Part shown: piece by piece, positions 59,874 to 64,000 of the stretch
Layout: every line of letters starts with the position of its first letter
Numbering within the stretch: position 1 is the first letter of the stretch
NCBI GenBank assembly: GCA_965216565.1
Contig: OZ244170.1
Location: 4,640,001 to 4,704,000, forward strand
Direction of reading: 5' to 3'
Length of the DNA: 64,000 nt
Source of the DNA: Bythopirellula sp.
GTDB lineage: Bacteria; Planctomycetota; Planctomycetia; Pirellulales; Lacipirellulaceae
Program-made: the position numbers and the translations under genes
Notes under the pieces: generated by a model
Seen by the model: the letters and a program-made list of their open reading frames with translations, nothing else
What the model was told of the DNA's origin: nothing
Database searches by the model: none

Positions 59874-60658
59874 TAAGCCGCCCCTTCGCGTCTGGGCCCA
59901 CGAGCCACGCGGCGGTTGCCGGGATCCTCGAGTTCGGTGTCCATGCCTTCGCCGAAGTAGTATTTTCGCGCTTCCGGATTGCGGAGCACGGTGTCGCGCG
60001 GGCCGTGGCACAGAACTTGTCCGCTGCGAATGACGTAACTGCGGTCGGTGATTTGCAACGTTTCGCGGACTTGATGGTCGGTGATCAGGATCGATATTCC
60101 CCGTTCGCGGAGATCGCGGATGATGCCTTGGATGCTGGCGATGGTCACGGGGTCGATGCCGGTGAACGGTTCGTCGAGCAAAATGATTTCCGGGTCGGAA
60201 ACCAAACAGCGGGCAATTTCTAGTCGACGGCGTTCACCGCCAGAGAGCGACATCGCTTTGCTACGGCGCAGCCGGGTGATACTGAATTGCTCCATCAGTT
60301 CTTCGCAGCGGCGACGGCGCGTCTTGCGATTCATGCCGAGCATTTCCATCACGCCGAGCAAATTGTTCTGTACAGAAAGCTTGCGAAAGACGCTCGATTC
60401 CTGGGCCAAATAGCCCATGCCCCCTTCACGGGCTCGTCGATACATGGGCCAATTGGTCACGTCGTTGTCGCCCAGATAAACCGTGCCGGCATCGGGTTCG
60501 ATCATGCCGCAGGTCATGCTGAAGGTGGTGGTTTTGCCAGCACCATTGGGGCCGAGAAGCCCGACGATTTCGCCACGCTCGACGGTGAAGTCGACACCAT
60601 CGACCACGCGCCGCCGCCCATAGCTTTTTACCAATCCGGCAACTTGTAATAGGGTCAT
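59873..60658 (-). CDS. lptB: LPS export ABC transporter ATPase
   Basis: GPNGAGKTT, YLAQESSVFRKL, LSGGERRRLEIAR, DEPF, ITDH. Confidence 0.95.
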   Translation of the reverse strand: MTLLQVAGLVKSYGRRRVVDGVDFTVERGEIVGLLGPNGAGKTTTFSMTCGMIEPDAGTVYLGDNDVTNWPMYRRAREGGMGYLAQESSVFRKLSVQNNLLGVMEMLGMNRKTRRRRCEELMEQFSITRLRRSKAMSLSGGERRRLEIARCLVSDPEIILLDEPFTGIDPVTIASIQGIIRDLRERGISILITDHQVRETLQITDRSYVIRSGQVLCHGPRDTVLRNPEARKYYFGEGMDTELEDPGNRRVARGPRREGAA

Positions 60659-60780
60659 TTTTACGTCCTCCGTGACGAGTTAGGCTGGAGACTTTGAGGC
60701 TTCGAGGGCTTGAGGATAAGGTTTCAGGTTGGACTTGTGTTCGCTCGAAGAACAAGCCCTCCAGCCTCGATGCCTCCAGC

Positions 60781-62775
60781 CTATCTCACTATCCTCATGT
60801 CTCCAAAATTGGGAAAGCCGGGGAGCCATTTTAGGCCGGGGATGCTTCCCCAGGAATGCGGCCAAAAAACGCACACGGCTTTGCCGGTAAGTAGTCGACG
60901 ATCTAAATACGAACCGCCGGGGTAGGTGCCGTTGCGGGGCTGTTTCCAAAGCCGGCAGTCCAAGCTTTGTGGGCTGTTGTCTCCCATCACAAAAAATTGA
61001 TCTTTATCTATGTCGAAGTTCCTTTTCTGACGCGTCAAGAATCGGGGCCACGCTTCTGGGTTCGTGAACAGTTCTCGATGACTTCTTAGCGAGGGTATGC
61101 GCTCGTCATTCTGAGTTCTGGTCGGATTGAACCAAGGTTCGTAGTCGGCAACTACATTGGACCCATCGTTTTGGTTAACTGCAATGTAATAAATATCTCG
61201 CAAAACACGGAGGTGAGAGATTTCTAGCGACGCTCCGTCAGAACCAATTCCTACAGGCCGAAGGTCACCAGGTTCGCTGTCTGTGCTGCGGGGAATAATC
61301 CGCTTTCGTTCTCCGAATATGCGAGCGACATCGTAAGTGGTATCGTCGAATTCCACCAAGTCGCCATCGATCCACAACAATAGCTGATCGTCGACGTTGG
61401 CAAAACGGACTTCATAGTTGCCCGTGCCAGTCATGGAAGTTTCAGCCTGGGGGCTGTAGTCGGCGAGTCCTTCGATGCTGAGGGTCGCTTGGCCGGTGGC
61501 AAGATCAATCGTGCAGCCGAAGTGCTTGCCGCCTTCAACTAGATCAAGCAGAAGCTCGCCGCCATTGTCTTTTACTTCCAAATCACATTCCACAGCCAGG
61601 TCACCGACCCAGTTGGCCCCTAGCTGCCGAGCAGCCAGTTGCTCTGGATATCGCCAGCCTAGGTTGAGAACCCCGTGACGGATGCTGCTGGACTCGTGAA
61701 TCCCGCCGCCTCGATTTAGGGCCGTGTTGTAGGAGTTGAAGTCCAGGACTAGCTGAGGCTTGGCGTCTTCACTCAACTGCGGTTGATCAGTATCGGGGCG
61801 ATCGCCTTCTGCCAGGATTCTGCGGGCCACTGTCCAATCGGCATCTGTAGGGACATAGTGACGGTAGTAGAGCCACTGAGTCCCCTCCCCTTTCGGAGCG
61901 TTAATGGAGAATGATTGATCCACCGTCTCCTTCCGGGGCTCGGCCGTCACCTGCCAACCGTCTTCCTCCTCTGCCGACCACCGCAACGGCCAGCCCGCGC
62001 GGTAGAGAGCACTCGATTCGAATTCGGAATTGTGCACAGGTTGCAGCATCGCGGCCACAGTTCCTGCCGGCTTACGCTGGATCTTGAATGCTTCGTTCGA
62101 TCCCAGCGGACGCGTGAAAATGTCACCTTGGAAAATCTGTAATTCTTCTTCGGGAAGTCCCACGAGGCGTTTGATATAGTTCATCTCGCCATTGCCGGGG
62201 AACTTAAAGACCACCACGTCCCAGCGCTCCGGCTCGTTGAACCCATAGCTGTATTTATTGACCAGAATTCGATCGCCCGGGTAGCTGTCGTGTTCGTCCT
62301 TGCTCAGCAATGGTTGATCGTCGGGGCCAACTGGGAGGTTGCTTTGCAGCGGCATGATTTGACGACACATCGGGCAGACGCCGCCCACCACATCTAAGGA
62401 GCGAAGATCATTCTCGGCATTTCTCTTCTGGCCGATACTTGTCCGGCGACTTCTCAACTCTCTGAGGAATCGGTTGGCTCGTTCATCCTCCTCTTCGCTG
62501 GCAGAAACGCGAAAGCGGTATCCGCACTCGCTGCAATCGACGTCCTTGTGACGTCCCTGGAGTGACGGGGACATCGAACCAGTGGGAATCACGAAGGCCT
62601 CTGCCTCGAACGTGCGGAAAAGGAACGCCAGAACAAAGGCGATGACAATCGACTCGATCGTTTCGCGTAGCGCATGCGCGGTGCCGTTCGGGGCTTCGTA
62701 TTCGGGGGCCTTGGCAGATGTGCCTGGACGCTGCCTCGATTTATTTGATTTCGATTTGTTACTCTGTTTTGCCAT
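60781..62775 (-). CDS. lepB: Signal peptidase I with large insertions
   Basis: IPTGSMSP, GDRILVNK, YIKRLVG, GDNSPQSLDCR. Confidence 0.9.
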   Translation of the reverse strand: MAKQSNKSKSNKSRQRPGTSAKAPEYEAPNGTAHALRETIESIVIAFVLAFLFRTFEAEAFVIPTGSMSPSLQGRHKDVDCSECGYRFRVSASEEEDERANRFLRELRSRRTSIGQKRNAENDLRSLDVVGGVCPMCRQIMPLQSNLPVGPDDQPLLSKDEHDSYPGDRILVNKYSYGFNEPERWDVVVFKFPGNGEMNYIKRLVGLPEEELQIFQGDIFTRPLGSNEAFKIQRKPAGTVAAMLQPVHNSEFESSALYRAGWPLRWSAEEEDGWQVTAEPRKETVDQSFSINAPKGEGTQWLYYRHYVPTDADWTVARRILAEGDRPDTDQPQLSEDAKPQLVLDFNSYNTALNRGGGIHESSSIRHGVLNLGWRYPEQLAARQLGANWVGDLAVECDLEVKDNGGELLLDLVEGGKHFGCTIDLATGQATLSIEGLADYSPQAETSMTGTGNYEVRFANVDDQLLLWIDGDLVEFDDTTYDVARIFGERKRIIPRSTDSEPGDLRPVGIGSDGASLEISHLRVLRDIYYIAVNQNDGSNVVADYEPWFNPTRTQNDERIPSLRSHRELFTNPEAWPRFLTRQKRNFDIDKDQFFVMGDNSPQSLDCRLWKQPRNGTYPGGSYLDRRLLTGKAVCVFWPHSWGSIPGLKWLPGFPNFGDMRIVR

Positions 62776-62977
62776 CAGTGTATTTCGCTTGGAAAGCAGT
62801 TTATTGCCAAATTTGCTCTAGATGTCCGTCCCGGTAGCGATCGTACAGATCAACGGAAAGGTACTTCGCCAGAGACCCGGCAATATAGTGAAAATTCGGG
62901 ATCGAGGGAAACTTGATTTTGACCGTCGGCCGTCAGCTATCAGCCTGTCTGATTCTGAGTTCTAAGAGTCGAAAGCC

Positions 62978-64000
62978 TTAATTAGCTAGCGGATAACCCA
63001 GGAAAAGCTCTTCGGCCACCGGCCCCCAGCTTCGGCTGTCGACCGAGATCGGGCTATTATCGCCGAGTAAATAGTATTGGCCGGGCTGCAATTGGGCAAC
63101 GATGTTCTCATGCACGCGGGCGAGTCCCACCGCCTGCGGGCCGTAATAAAGATCGCGATATAGGTTCAATTCGCTGACGGTAATCTGCAGGTCGACGGCT
63201 CCCAAAGCTACCGGCTGAGAGGTCCGCTGAGGAGTCACTTGAGGAATCCAGGGGACTTGCAGGAACGATATGCCATCCATGGCGAGGAGAATCTGCCCAT
63301 CGAAGTTGGATAGTTCAACGAGGACACCAACGCCGGCGAGTCGGCCTGCGATACGACTTGGAATCTGCTGCTCGACGACAACCACTCCATCTAGTTCCAA
63401 TGAGAGTCGCGAGAAACCCAGCGACCAAGCTATGCGACAACTTTGTTGCCCGGCTTCGATTTCCAACTGCAACGTTCCTTCGCCGCTGGCTTTGACTCTT
63501 GCGGAGAGCATGATATCGCGGACGAGATTTAGCTGACGGGTCAGGCCGGCATTGTAGGGGTACTCATCCGTGATGGGTTTGTCGGCTGGATGAGAGTAAC
63601 GGAGCCAGTGTGACTGGATGTGACCCCTGGTGTCGGCATCCCATCGCGAGCCTTCTTTGCGCCACTGCGTTTCAAGATCGGCTTGCCAGCGCTGGTGCTC
63701 TGCGGTTTCTTGGTGGATTCGTAGTCGCAACGCTCTTTGAAGAGGAAGAGTTTTTTTCACCGGCTGACCATCAACCCAGACATCGCCCCACTGGAGACGC
63801 AACGATTCGCCGGGCAGTCCCCAGACTCGCTTGACGCAAAGTTGAGTCGGGTCCGTAGGGTTGCGAAGCACAACCATCTCACCGCGACGTGGTTGGCGAA
63901 GATTTCCCGAGAACCGATTCACCACCAGGTTGTCACCAGCGTGAAGCGGCGATTCGGCAAGTGAAATTGATTGCTTGCCACAATGCGGGCACGGCAACTG
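62978..64000 (-). CDS. lepB: Second signal peptidase I; 5' end outside window
   Basis: CPHC, GDNLVV, VKRVWGLPG, GDNSPISVDSR. Confidence 0.85.
   Translation of the reverse strand, partial: QLPCPHCGKQSISLAESPLHAGDNLVVNRFSGNLRQPRRGEMVVLRNPTDPTQLCVKRVWGLPGESLRLQWGDVWVDGQPVKKTLPLQRALRLRIHQETAEHQRWQADLETQWRKEGSRWDADTRGHIQSHWLRYSHPADKPITDEYPYNAGLTRQLNLVRDIMLSARVKASGEGTLQLEIEAGQQSCRIAWSLGFSRLSLELDGVVVVEQQIPSRIAGRLAGVGVLVELSNFDGQILLAMDGISFLQVPWIPQVTPQRTSQPVALGAVDLQITVSELNLYRDLYYGPQAVGLARVHENIVAQLQPGQYYLLGDNSPISVDSRSWGPVAEELFLGYPLAN

Overview
Bacterial chromosomal window. Gene content (PEP-CTERM proteins, a CSLREA/choice-of-anchor-Q type surface protein, TadE/VWA genes, long zinc-ribbon signal peptidases) points to a planctomycete, probably Pirellulales; this is inference. 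Most of the window is housekeeping: metG, hisI, suhB, rplM-rpsI, trpC, lpxD-lpxI, lptB, two lepB, scpA and a UbiD-family gene. Three parts stand out. (1) Positions 1-5.2 kb hold the right end of tRNA-targeted integrative DNA: two paralogous non-canonical tyrosine integrases (one decayed), an excisionase-like gene, a complete tRNA-Gly(CCC), and two orphan half-tRNAs (5' Arg-CCG, 3' Gly-CCC), both broken at the anticodon loop. (2) Positions 35.6-40.0 kb hold a fully bounded IS1-family transporter element (21-bp TIRs, 9-bp TSD, passenger genes), followed by a PEP-CTERM gene inside nested REP-type direct repeats (A-B-gene-B-A). (3) Positions 42.1-46.1 kb hold a candidate undescribed sigma-54 module: a receiver-less enhancer-binding protein, three TCAC-N7-GTGA sites, a -24/-12 promoter, two paralogous small basic proteins (one absent from the ORF track), a stand-alone atypical receiver and a PEP-CTERM protein. 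No CRISPR array or rRNA was seen. All calls come from reading motifs by eye; no database search was run.
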